In this document: one piece after another, positions 26,323 to 39,662 of the stretch
Position numbering within the stretch: position 1 is the first letter of the stretch
Layout of the letters: every line of letters starts with the position of its first letter
Assembly (NCBI GenBank): GCA_040954595.2
Contig: CM082590.2
Coordinates: 7,688,001-7,752,000 of the forward strand
Direction: 5' to 3'
From: Balanoglossus misakiensis
Taxonomy: Eukaryota > Animalia > Hemichordata
DNA: 64,000 nt
Translations under genes and position numbers: made by a program
The notes under the pieces: generated by a model
The model's database searches: none
Told to the model about the DNA's origin: nothing
The model's input: only the letters and a program-made list of their open reading frames with translations

Positions 26323-26700
26323 AGGGGGCATCATAGTCCAGTGGTTAGAGCATTGGATCGAGCCCAGGCACAGCTGTTGTATTATGTCCTTTACTTGACA
26401 GGACACGTGACGTCTCCCCATCCAGGAGTTAATGGGTACCTGGTAGGGCAGAGATTGCAATGTGTGTGTTTAGCTCTGCTGCGCTTATGGCTGCACATGT
26501 GAGCTGTTGTCTGTCCCCAAGGAGTTGAATGGAATATTTAGGTCCAATGACCTAGGTCCAATGACCAGGGCTCCCCACCCAGGGGTAATAGGTACCTGGT
26601 AGGGCAGAGATTGCAATGTGTGTGTGTGTCTAGCTAGCTGTTGTATGCTCCCCAGGGAGTTGAATGGAAAAACAACTAGGTCCAATGACCAGGGGAATAA
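26323..26700 (+). mobile_element. tRNA-derived SINE-like element with internal duplication
   Basis: GGGGGC head, A-box-like TAGTCCAGTGG, B-box-like GATCGAGCCC; body CTCCCCA.CCAGG...GGTACCTGGTAGGGCAGAGATTGCAATGTGTGTG repeated twice. Confidence 0.5.
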
Positions 26701-27517
26701 TTATAACGTGCATCGAAATGTATTATTGATTGGGTTGCAGACAAAATGCAAAAACGGAAAAGATGTGTTCAGCACCACACAGGTGCACGTGAAACAGCGA
26801 AGAGAGTTTTCAACTTACTTGCAATTGCATTTTTGAAGTCTTTGTTTGGCATTTGTACTCGCTTCTAAATATAATTCATAGTCTGGTTCCCTGCCCCAAT
26901 CCCACCGCTGGCTGTGCTACGCTAAAGGGAAAGGCACTGTCATATCCTTTCTACTCGGGCGACACTCTGCGTGCAAATACTTTCTTTGCAGGCACTCGGT
27001 TCACTAGTTGAGGTCATCAAGGATTTTAACCCTAGTTTGCCCCCGGCCCCTTCACAGAGTCAGTGGCCGACCACGTTTATGTGCACCTAGTGAAACCACC
27101 ACTAACAGTCTTTGTAAAGGAATACAGTCACTCTAATCTACATTAAAATTGTGTCTCAGTCTTCGAATGACCAAAAGGGTTTTATTTAATTCCGTGGCGA
27201 AAAATTATCCAATGGCGCGATGTGTAAAATACAGGCACAGAAACTACAACGAGGCAGACGACATTTATGTAGTTAATTATTCAATGTTTCTAATTCGGAC
27301 TGAACAAATTTGTGGTCATGTGAGATACCGCATGTCCACACTCACTCACTCACTCACTCAATAAATTTCTTTAAACTACCACATGCAATGCCTTAAATAA
27401 TTCCTATTATATTAATGATTCATTTGCATAAAAAGAGTTTTGGTCGACAAATCGAAACAACGAGTATTCAGATCTATAGAGCTGCATAATTTAAATGGTT
27501 TTTTAACTGGGGTCTCG

Positions 27518-27762
27518 TACCAAGCCTTCACTGTCAGCAACACGTCACTGAACCCTCAACGGTCAAAGTGAAAACATCGGTACTATTAATTACTAGTAGT
27601 TGGTTAGTAGTCTGGTTCCCTGCCCCGATCCCACCGCTGGCTGCGCCGTACCTGACCCCTTTCCCTTTATAGCGTAGCGCAGCCAGTGGTGGGATTGGGG
27701 CAGGGAACCAGACTAGCCGGTTCACTTTGCCGCAAAGTGGCTGACCGTTGAGGGCGCGCCTG
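27518..27762. mobile_element. Short repeat family D (CCCTCAACGG...CCGTTGAGGG) with a nested hairpin insertion at 27608-27715
   Basis: The same family occurs at 6475-6600, 17090-17210 and 34850-34955 without the insert. Confidence 0.6.
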
Positions 27763-29380
27763 TCATTGGTACGTCACCATCCGGGTGTTGTCAACATCTG
27801 TTGATGAGAGGCGACTGTCACGTGACGTGACTTCCGTTCAAAATACTTTTCGGTCATATATTGCACAGTCGCCTGGGAGTTGGGTCGTATACACGGCGAT
27901 CGTATATACACCGTGTATACGACCCAACTCACAGGCGACTTCGATATATTGCGTGTGGTTTGTGTGTGTGCGCGTGCCACTGGAAAGTTGTTGCACGTCC
28001 ACAAGATGTTAAACACAGGCTCGAATGACAACATCTTTTCTGTGTCTGCTGGTAGGCTAAGGAATACACCGCACAGAACATCTGTTGATAAAAGCAATTA
28101 AATTCTTCCAGGGGTTTGGTCCCATGAGTTGGCGGGGTCGTGAGAGACTTGGCAATTATCAGATTTGGGACGATGATTGAGGGTTTTTTTATTCAGCACA
28201 CACAATACACCCATGGACAGAGAAGCCGCAGACAGACTCTTCAATGCTCTGTTGTTACACACAGCAGCGAACAACAACAATATTTCACTGGAAATCTAGG
28301 GTCTATGGTCACACTGATATAGTCCAGTCTTTTTTATCCACTCAGGGCATGGACGGTGAGAGCATTCGCATTGTCTGAGAGACGATTGATGTCTATTAAC
28401 CCCCACGCCCCACCCCTCTATATAAAGGCACAAGCATGAGGACAGCTTTTAATGAGCAAAACGCGGTCTCCTTGACAACGTTGTTGCTTACATCAACAAT
28501 TCTTTAAAAAAAAAAATTGAACGTTGTTGTTTACATCACACTGAAATTTTCCAAGGTCAGTTCGTGTTATAGAGATAGCCAATCAGACTTCGCGTCTGAC
28601 TATACTGTCTGGCTAACGTAGCGTGTCTTTGTTGCACTCTTTGTACAGAAGAAGTTCTGTCTGTTGCCTCCGTCAAAGTAGTTCGCGCCCCTGCATCGTA
28701 GACAACTTCCAAATACATCACTGGTTGAGAACTACAACTACAACTTCAAATATGAGGTAATGTTCAAATTTCAGTCGTTTTACTTAGCTACCAAACTCCA
28801 GTTGTCATGGTGAGTTAACACCTGTTGAATTTTACGTCGTCATGTTTGCTTTTACGAACTTTGGGTGTGTTTTAATCTTTCTGCATTGTACATATGGAGA
28901 CTCGGATAATATCTGCTACTTATGCCAAGTACCACTCGATACGTTCCCAGCGTGTCCCGTTGTATTCCTTCACAAAATCAAATGTTGCCACGTAGAACGT
29001 TATACATTGTATCTAAATGAGTGGACAATAGCGGACAGTCAACCCCATGGAATTTAAAGTGTGTGTCAATTTGTTTCAAATTCGAAGGTCAAAATCGGGC
29101 GCCAATCTCTGTGTTAAAACCCCATGAGCTGTAACTCGATAAAAATTAAATGTTTACATAATCTTAGATATGATTTAATTCTGTCTATTAAATATTGCCT
29201 GATATTATATCAAGAAAACACTTATACATCTATATACTTTAATACATGCATATGAATTTTTTCGTTGCACTATGACCAGCACTATAAAACCACCATATAA
29301 AACATATGTGGGATTTACTTGTGGTCTCGTTGATATGTCAATGACCATTACGTTCAATATTATTCAAACTTCATTAAATA

Positions 29381-29627
29381 TCATTCATTCGTTCGTTCGT
29401 TCCTTCCTTCCTTCCTTCCTTCCTTCCTTCTTTCCTTCCTTCATTCATTCATTCATTTATTCATTCATTCATTCATTCATTCATTCATTCATTCGTTCCT
29501 TCCTTCCTTCCTTCCTTCCTTCCTTCCTTCCTTCCTTCATTCATTCATTCATTCATTCATTCATTCATTCATTCATTCATTCATTCATTCATTCATTCAT
29601 TCATTCATTCATTCATTCATTCATTCA
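29381..29627. repeat. Compound (TTCC)n/(TTCA)n microsatellite abutting the exon 2 acceptor
   Basis: Direct reading. Confidence 0.95.
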
Positions 29628-29753
29628 CAGGTCCTCCTTCCTGCTCCGGGCTGTAGTCTTCATCAGTTTTCTGTGTGAATGCCAGGCTCAAGGCAGTATG
29701 TAAATACTACAATAATGACACCAATTAGTGCTTATCGAGCTTCCACATATATA

Positions 29754-30009
29754 TACAGTCAAATCTGTGTATAGTGGCCAGTCAAGGGACTTTCATAAAC
29801 TGGCCTTTATAGATACAGTCAAACCTGTGTTAGTGACCACCTCTATAAAGTGACCACCTCTATATAGTGGCCACTATGTTACAGTCCCTTTGCAACTTAC
29901 ATGTACATTAATTGACCTGTCTATATTGACCTGTCTATACAGGTCACCTATCTATAAAGGCCAGTTTATGAAAGTCCCTTGACTGGCCACTATACACAGG
30001 TTTGACTGC
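29754..30009. mobile_element. MITE family B (TA|CAGTCAAACCTG termini; Tc1/mariner-pogo-like), nested/rearranged copy
   Basis: TACAGTCAAA..TG at 29754 and 29815; CAGGTTTGACTG end. Confidence 0.65.
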
Positions 30010-30762
30010 AGGTGACCTGTATAGAAAAACACTTTATTTTCGCGATCAATAAATTTCCGCGAAATACGCGAGAGCCAAAATAGCGTGAAAATAAAATGTC
30101 GCGTAATTTTATTTTGAAGATAACGATGCAATGAATGAAATAAGAGAATGCGAAAATCAATACTCGCGAAACAGTGGCCGCTCTCGATATCACGAAAATT
30201 TCAACTCGCGAAAATAAAGTGTTTTACAGATATATTTATTGATATCCTGTTTCAGACTTAGCAGCCGGTATATTATTTATAAGAGTACCAGACCCAACAT
30301 CAGGTGGATTCACTGCTGCGACGACTGAAGCTACCACTTTCGAAGTGGCATATAGCGCTTCAAACGGTGGAGCGACGCTATAGTGATATCAAGATCTACT
30401 TCAGTAATCCTGACGGCTCCGTCAAGTCGACGGAGGTCACGGCAGGGGGTGCCAACGCACCGGACGGCTCCACGGCAATCACAGCTGACGGGTCCAGTAG
30501 TTTCACCGACCTCACGGCCACACTGGCGCTGGACACTGTCAACTGTGTCGCCTACTCCCGAGTGTGTGCTTCCATCACCGTCGCGGATGCTGACTCCACT
30601 GACAACACCGTTTGTGCTGATTTTGGAAGTGATGTACGGAAGGCTGGAACTAAAACCTGCCGTGATGGTGAGTATTCTATTGATTAAACTTTTCTCATAT
30701 AAGGGTGGTTTCATTTTACATTAAATTATCTTGTAGCAGTTGGAGCTTACAGCATTATCAGA

Positions 30763-30994
<232 letters not shown>

Positions 30995-31064
30995 AGAAGT
31001 AAAAGTACATACCTACTCAAGCAACACCTTACCTTGTTTCAATTTTTAAAATTGAATCTAATAG

Positions 31065-31466
31065 ATGTTGTTGCAACGACATTTACGGTAACATCGCCTG
31101 CTCCTGCAACTGGGGTATTCTACGTTGACGAAGCCGTCTCCACCACTTTCACATTGGCATATTTAATTGGTAGAAGCGGAGGATATCCTAGTAACGTCAA
31201 AGTGTATTTCAGCAATGACGACGGCTCCACGAAATCGGCCGAAGTGACCGCGACCGGGCGCAATGCACCGGACGGCATGGCAACATCGACGGCCGGAAGT
31301 TTCGCTGATCTGGTCGCGCAACTCACCCTCGACGCTGATAACTGCACCGACTACACCAAAGTGTGCGGTTCAATCACGGTGGCGGATTCAGACGCCAGCA
31401 ACAACGCGGCCTGTGCTGATTTTGGTACTGAGGCTGATCAGGCCGGAACGAATGACTGCATTGCTG
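31065..31466 (+). CDS. Gene 4 domain exon D2 (intact, long Asp/Asn-motif subtype)
   Basis: aatag|AT...GCT G|gtaac; VYFSND...DNCTDYTKVCGSITVADSDASNNAACADFG...NDC. Confidence 0.8.
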
Positions 31467-31509
31467 GTAACGTCTGAATTTACTCACTATAGGCATATGT
31501 CCAGTAATC

Positions 31510-31695
31510 ACAACAGAACAGAACAGAACTGAACAGAACAGAACAGAACAGAACAGAACACGACACGACACGACACGACACGACACGACACGACACAACA
31601 CAACACTGCACTGTACAGCACAACACAACACAGCACAGCACAACACACCACACCACACCACAACACAACACAACACAACACAACTCAACACAACA
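31510..31695. repeat. Compound pentanucleotide repeat (ACAGA/ACACG/ACACA/ACAGC)
   Basis: Direct reading. Confidence 0.9.
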
Positions 31696-33558
31696 CGTGT
31701 ATTATCAGCATTGTTATTGAACAAAATTTGAATTCAAATCCGGATTAGAATTCATTTGTCAACAATAACAATGGCTGTCACACACATACAGGCTACGTTG
31801 ACAAGCGGAGTACCTAGTATATGTGCATGATATTCGTTGTAGAGCAAGAAATTGCATTTGGTACACAGAACAAAAATACTAAAAATAAAAACTAAATATT
31901 ACAGCTAATCTCATTTAATTAATACATTGATATTTTCTTACCTTCATATGTGACACAATCAATGGACAGTCATGACAACCGAGTCCCCCAATGGTAAGTT
32001 AAGTCAACCATCATCTCATCATAAAGTTATGATATGGAAACAGGACAATGACAATATTGACAATTTCGAATAGTTCACTACCTAGGTACAGGGCTAAAAT
32101 TAGGATAGGTCGGGTAATCGGAACAGCACATATTTTCTTATTTGGCCTAAAGTGCACCAAACGTATTTTTCACATAAATGTGTTGTCTAATGTATTGGTA
32201 CTTTCTTACTTTCTCATTTCTCTGACCCAGTCATAACAACCGAGTCATCGAATACAGGTAGTACAGGTAGGTTTTGGCAAACATCATTTCATCATATGCA
32301 ATTTGACTTGTCCGCCATATTTGTCAACGTTATCATCGAATGGCATTGCATAAAACAAGAAAATATTTTTCGTCGCCAAATTTCACGACAAATGAGTATA
32401 TTCTGTCGCGAATTGAAATAAATAGCGGTGGTTTGAGATTCCTCTATCGTCTGTTATCCAGGTTTGCTGCTTTAAGTAAATAGTCCAGTGACAGTGGGGA
32501 CTACTTTCTTTTCTTTTTACAGCTTGCAGCGGAGTAATACGTTTGTCCGTCAGTTTTGGTTCTGTGGTGATCATGGTCGTAGCTACATTCGTTCTTTGAG
32601 ATGACGAAGCCAGGTTAGTGAAATTTCAATTATGGCAATCTACTGTAAAACATGTTAATTTCGCGAGCAATACATTTACGCGAAATACGCGAGAGCCAAA
32701 ATAGCGTGAAAATAAAAAGTCGCGTAAATTTTTTTCGAAGATAACGATGCAGTGAATGAGATAAGCGAACGCGAAAATTAATACTCGCGAAACAGTGGCC
32801 TCTCTCGATATCGCGAAAATTTCGACTCGCGAAAGTACAATTTTTGTGAAAGGCATTTCTTTCATAGCATAATATTAGGATATACATTAGCTGTAGTCCT
32901 CAGCTAGCAAAGAAATGTGATCACAAATCGTAGCCATCACGTACGTGCCTAAACTCCTGATGGACCTGTTCGAATATTGTCGTTGAGAAAAATTGAACGA
33001 ATAATGTGACTCAAATATTTCTCGTAACTATTCCATCCAAATAATGCAGACATGTCGAATGTTTCTACCAATCACGTCGGCAATATCGATAATTTTCCAA
33101 TAATTAAGTTATTCTCAAGGGCAATATCGATAATTTTCCAATACTTAAGTTATTCTCAAGGGCAAAATTCAGTGTGAAATCAAAATGCCAGCACAGAGTT
33201 CAGAAAAAATGGATAAAAACGCATGTTATTATTTCTCATTTTGACCTTTCCTGTGTTTTTTCTTATAGGTTGTTTACACGACTGGAAACATGCATTCCTG
33301 TTGGCTGCACTGAACAATCGTCCCGAAATGTTCTTATTTACACGGAAATAGATGACGATTATGTTAAAATTGAAACTTATTTCTTTTGGATTTTGAAGCT
33401 GTAATCATTTACAATGGTTTGATTTTCTTAAGCTATTCACATGTAAAGGCTTGGACTTGTGTATTCATTCAGCCCAAATTTCATTCATTTTGGGTAGAAT
33501 AAAATTTTCTTGCAGGTGTCTTTGATTCTCAGAGCCTTTTTCTATGCAAAGAGTTTAA

Positions 33559-33659
33559 CCCTTTTCACCCCACCCCACCCCACCCCCACTTCCATCTTTA
33601 GAGGTCCAGCATTACAATAGAAAACAATGGGTTTGGACTAAACCATGGTGGTGAAAGGG
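33559..33659. mobile_element. Short piggyBac-like MITE (TTAA|CCC...GGG)
   Basis: Homologous to 40921-41007; right TSD imperfect. Confidence 0.55.
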
Positions 33660-36592
33660 TTAGACGTCGACTGGAGGTACGTACGACAGAGATGAGGACA
33701 AAACGTTACAGGGTCAACGTGGTGGAGAATTCTCTGTCGAGAGAGAGAGACTTTGTCCCTTTAAAGGCCCTGCTCAACAGTGGGTCAAATCTTTTATTTC
33801 CAATAAACAGTTACGTGCTAACACGAAGGCTTTCTTGTCTGCCTTCATTATGCTGCCCTTGGATCGAGAAAAGGGCCAAAGTACAAGCAGGTGTTCCACA
33901 GTGAAATACCTTTATGCACATAGTTTAAAATATCCTACTGCAACGACACGCATGCGCATCTTTTCACTGTATGAGTCCTTGCAGTTTTATTGCAAGCGAT
34001 TATAATCTTAAAAGTCCATTTCAAAGGTATCCCCACAGTTTTCTTCGCTGAAGGGAGTCTGGTACTTCCTGTTGCAGGTTTCACGGGCAAAGAGAAACTT
34101 CCAGTCGCGTTGCCGATTGGACTCTGTCGTTGAGGGATATGCTAGAAAATAGGCTGTGGAGAATACAGCGCTGGGGTTGATCCATTATCAGAATGGGTCA
34201 AGTCAGAGAGACAGAGAGAGAGGGGAGGGGGGAGAGAGATTTATATTCACGAATAGGTCAAGTGAGAGAGACATAGAGATCGAGAGGGGGAGGGAGAGCG
34301 AGGGGAGGAAGGGAGAGAGAGAGATTTACATTCACAACTCAATAGTCGCACGCATCACTAAGTGGATACCCATTTGATTTCTAGGGGTGTATGTCAGCAA
34401 TATTTTTCAATCACTGGTAATGTAACAGCAAATGCGTTTCCTCGCCACACCATCCGCCAAATCCCCCATCTACCCCGCAGAAATAAAATGGTTCTCCCCA
34501 GTGAACTCTGTTGACCTGGATTGTGCATGTTTGTAGCCATGGAAACACGTAGACGTGGCGTTTAACTGCAAATGCGGGAACCAGAAAGCTCTAAAGCAGG
34601 GGAAGGGGGGGGGGGTGTACAACAGCGAATTTGGGTTTGAGTTGGTGGGTTCACGCAAGTCTGTGCCCAGTTCTTCAAAAGAGCGACCCAGTCACCCAGG
34701 ACCAGTCTGAATATTGGATTGTACAGGCTTGTGCTGCGGAACAATACCTTAGGCGAATAAAGGAATTCTGTCTCGGCCACAGGTACAAAGGAATGACCTA
34801 CTTTGAGGGGTTCATGTCGGCCTGCTTGTTTAACAAATGATTTGATGTCAGGTTTTGTACCAAGCCTTCTCTGACAGCATCAGTGAGCCCTCAATGGTGA
34901 GATGTACAGTTGGTTGTTTCACTTTGCAACAAACTGGCCAACCATTGAGGGCGCAATACCTTAGGCGAATAAGCGAATTCTGTCTCGGCCACAGGTACAA
35001 AAGAATGACCTACTTTGAGGGTTACATGTAGGCCTGCTTGTAAACAACTATGTATCACGGATAACCTGGATTTGTTAACAGTCCCAGTGAGTCCATGTAC
35101 TCAATGTAAACGTGTTATGATCAGAATTGAAACAAGATGAATCCATCACGATATATGGCTAGCTAGACATGAGCTAAAATTTCAACTACATACTAGACGA
35201 CGGACATACATGCACTACATATATTTTTGGAGAGATATACTCTTTATAGGTGCATTCAAAATGACCATTGGTGTGAAAGAATGTGGTGTAATTTTGTTGT
35301 AATGAGCAGTTTATAATAGAAGGCCTGCGTTAAACGTAAAACTTTTGAGAAACACTAGAACTCGATATTGTCCCCGCTGAGGGCGTTAAGTTCTCGCAGA
35401 GGGTTATGGGTACTTTGGGGGAAAATGGCCGCCACAACGTGTAGTCTGCTATATAATGTAAACATTTCCACGGAATAGTCGCGCAGAATGCAGTATTCCA
35501 TATGTGTGAAGGCATGTTTCTATTTGAGTAGTCTACACTGATATAACAACTGGAGTTTTGCAGACGCTAGCTGGCACAGTAGTCGCTTTTTTGGTCGCAA
35601 GGTAATTTTGCTTCATCGGAGGGGGCGTGGTGTGGTATATATGTTCATAGGAAGAAACATGTGACTCTGAAATGTTCAGCTATTGCTGCAATATAACGCA
35701 GAGGTTTGCAAGATAGGAACTGAACAGCAAAACCGAGGTTAGTTTATAGTTAGACTAGTTTAGATACACGGTCGTTAGTTTATATGACCTTCACGTCGTC
35801 TGCTATCATAAAACAAAAACGCTGAAATTTTGTGAATATCATTGAACCCAGTGACCGCACGTGCTGTATCACCATTCATTCATGTTAAGGTAAAATAGGA
35901 AACATGTATCAGGTCCTGTCTGTATTGCACTTTATCTCTTCAAAAACGTCTACATTTTTTTTACATTCTCATAATTTAAACCATATTCGACTGTAATATT
36001 GAAAACACATGAAACGAATTTGTTGAATGGTGTGTATTAATAGAGGCACGGTACACGCCCTTGCTATATCAACTCTAAATTGTCACGTGTCACAACGTCT
36101 CAAGTTGAATGAGGTGTCTTCCTTTCTTTTCTACGTCGTCTGCTGTTATGCGTTTACAAAATTGTGCTTAATTTAATTGGACAAAAGTTTAGTATTTTCT
36201 CGCTGTGACATTGTCAGGTTTCAATCAATTCAATTTCAGTGTGTTGGTTTCTGCCTCTGTTTTAACACTTTCATAATTCACCATAGTTTGACCCAAGTCC
36301 ATTGTTTTCTATGGTGAAATTGTATCTCTATAGAGGGAACTGGGGGTGAAATGGTTAATAAAATTCTAACTTCAAAGAAAGGGTGTGTTACACATTGTAT
36401 TGAATTTTAAAAGGGACTATACCTGTAAGTTTATGCCTTATTTATAGAATGATTATTCTGTGTATCAAATATAATTTCTTGTTCTATTCCAAGTGAACAA
36501 CTACATGTACAAATGTACTTAGAATACTTTCATGATGATCGTTGGTGGCGCCCTTCGCTAGCTGTCTACATGTATAGATTTTGTCAAATTTA

Positions 36593-36716
36593 CAGTCAAA
36601 CCTGTGTTAGTGGCCACCTCTATATAGTGGCCACTTTGTTATAGTCCCTGTGCAATTTACATGTGCATTAATTGACCTGTCTATAAAGGCCACCTGTCTA
36701 TAGACAGGTTTGACTG
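36593..36716. mobile_element. MITE family B
   Basis: TA|CAGTCAAACCTGT...ACAGGTTTGACTG|TA. Confidence 0.75.
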
Positions 36717-36949
36717 TAACTTAAGTGTGCCATGACTGTGGTTACCACTTGGTACAGTTAACACTTGGTGGCGCTCTTACCAGTATTCGATGCAACTTGA
36801 TGTGCTTCACATGTTCAAGATATTACTTAACGCGCCTTGTTTTTGTTTTTCTCATCATTTGTGGATTTACTAATCATTATGCTGTGTTGAAAGCACTCTG
36901 CAAAATTGTTAATAAAATAAAACCTATCTAAAGTGGACATTAAATGGCC

Positions 36950-37640
36950 TGAAGTTGTTTGGTTTCACAGGTGTCCAGTTTATGGAGGTTCTTTTAACAG
37001 GTGGTTCAATGTGAAATTACCAGGAATTAGTGTCCGGTATGGACAGCTTTCCAGATTAGATAGGATTCTCTTCGTTTAGATTTACTGAAATATTTTTTTC
37101 TCTGTTTGGACTAGGACTGGCAGTTAACCCTCACAGACAACAAGAAACTGTTTGCACCATCAACTTGAGTCTGCTGATCAATTGGAAATTGCACAGAATA
37201 ATTGGTTGAGTGGGAAACATAGGCTTGAGCATAAAGGTAAGCACAATATAAACTTGGTTTCACAAGTGTCAAGTATAACCCATGAAAAATGTTTTAAAAG
37301 GCCCAGAATATCGAAATTCAGAAAGTCGAGAATTGGTCATTTAAGTTGGTTGGTTTCACAGGTGTCCAGTCTATAGAAGTTCTTTTAACAAGTGGTTTTT
37401 ATGAAAGACCCAGGAAATGGTGTTCTATACGGACAGCTTTAGATAGGATTCTCTTCGTTTAGATTTACTGAAATATTTTTTCTCTGTTTGGACTAGGACT
37501 GGCAGTTAACCCTCACAGCCAACAAGAGATTGGATCCACCATCAACTTGAGTCTGCTGATCAGTTGGAAAGTTACACAGAATAATTGGTTGAGTAGGAAA
37601 CATAGGATTGAGCATTAAGGTAAACACAATATAAACTTTT
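36950..37640. repeat. ~300-380 bp tandem duplication containing an exon-like segment
   Basis: 36955-37255 matches 37345-37637. Confidence 0.8.
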
Positions 37641-39223
37641 AACAGCCCAAAACAACCAACAATGAAGTGTTTCCTTCATTTTTGGTCTTCAATTGGGCAT
37701 TGAATCAAAGAGAAATTAGCTGTAACTTTTAGCTTTTTAATCAGTACTTTTGTTCTGTATACCAAATGCAATTTCTTGTTCGACTCCAAACAGCATACTG
37801 GTATACCCATTACTCCTCTTGTCAACATAGCCTGTATGTGTGTAACAACCATAGCTATTGTTGACAAATGATTCAGTCCGGCCTATTTTGCAAAATAAAG
37901 ATGCTGACTTTGAACAAGAAACTGCAGTAGATGCACTACATAAAATACTGAAAACATTGCAAAAAGTTACAGCTTAGGGAGCTTTAGGTATACATGTACA
38001 ATATCAAGAATTATTTTAAAACTCTGTTTATTGAGCTTTTCAAAAGACCAGAACAAAATTTTCCTTCGTTTCATGTAAGTCTCGAACAAGGTACATTTGA
38101 ACTGCTCTGACATGTACATATTTTACATAAATTGTAATTTTAAAAAAAAGTTGTACATTGTTTTGTCTGAAAAGCAAACTGCATTGTTAATGTACATTTT
38201 ATCACAGTGGTTTCAAAATACTCGACTTAGCAATTATTTCAAACGGTTGATGGCGATCGACGCTTCAGTACATTTGGGCAAACAAGACCAACCATATCGC
38301 CGAAAATAATGTCACTGTTCGTGTGAAAGATTGATGTAAAATGATGGCACAGCCATATTCTACATCCCTTCATAATAAAAAGTAAAGTCAGGAATTTCTT
38401 TTCTACCAAGTGCAAGTCTCGAGCACGGAGTCTTTCAACAAATCAGAGAGTATCACTGTGTGAGCTAGCTCATGTCATGATACTCTTTGCTGTCATCCAT
38501 AGCACTGTCATAGAATCGCACCAGTTGTCATAGAACCATAATGTGAAAATGCAAAAAATACAATGAACAGGGATACAGAGTATATTCTGTACATTAAATT
38601 AAGTACATGTACAAAAATTCATAAATACATGTGTTTATCAGGTTTAAAAATTCAAATCATAATTTTAAAGCCAAATTGGTTCCAAGATCGGCTACATAGT
38701 GATTAAGGATTACTATTAGAAATTATTGCATAATTTTGTTTGGTGTGTAGGCAAAATCTTATATTGGTCAGATGTAGTTTACCATACCTGCAAAAAAAAA
38801 TCGGTAAAAACAATATAAGAAGTCAATCTACTTAAATAGGTACATACAAGTTGCAACCACTGGGCCCATAATAATGCATGTATAGCGCCCTCACACAGCC
38901 AATTATGAATTTGAGCTCAAAGCAAAGTAAATGGGGAAACCCCCTTGATGTGATTGGTCAACTCTCCCCATTGGCCTTGCTTTAAAGTTCAATTTCATGA
39001 AGGCTGCATGAAAGCGCTAGACTTATGAAAAGGGTGTATAACACACATGCATTTGAAACGTTTCTGAAACGTCTCATGTCAAAAACTGGCATAAATTATT
39101 ATGTGTGAACGGTTTAAGAGGTCCTGGAACTTTTCAGATTTAATAAGCTTTGCAGGACAGACCTGAGCAAGTGTTAAGGATTAAAACATTTTCTATGGGG
39201 CCGAGCATCAGGGTCTTGCTTAA

Positions 39224-39569
39224 AGGGACAAAGTCTCTCTCTCGCTGCCCTTTTTTCCATTAATTATATTAGATAAGAGACAACGTTTGTTATTCTACAT
39301 GTGGATATATAGTGAACGAACGTTCGACCACACACAACTTCCATCCTGCTTGTAGACACGAGAGTGAAAAACTCGCCAAAATGAATAATCAGTCTCTACC
39401 ATTTATTCATTTTGGCGAGATTTTTACTCTCATATCCTACAAACGGGATGGAAGTTGTGTGTGGTTGAACGTTCATTCGCTATATATCCACATGTAGAAT
39501 AACATAAGTGTTGTCTTGTATCGAACATAATTAATGGAAAAAGGAGAGTGAGAGAGAGACTTTGTCCCT
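39224..39569. mobile_element. MITE family A full copy
   Basis: TTAA TSD at 39220-39223 and 39570-39573. Confidence 0.8.
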
Positions 39570-39662
39570 TTAAATGGCAAACCGTGTCTCTGAAACATTA
39601 CAGTACACTAAAAGTAAAAGCTAAACATACTTACAAGAAATGCTGTCATTGATGGTTGCCCA

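Noticed and set aside
25144-26700. Repeat-spacer-like arrangements suggesting CRISPR
   Set aside because: Eukaryotic context, only two units of long imperfect repeats, and no cas genes.
33081-33163. 41-bp tandem duplication (also a ~75-bp duplicate at 60605/60778)
   Set aside because: Ordinary local intronic duplications with no evident function.
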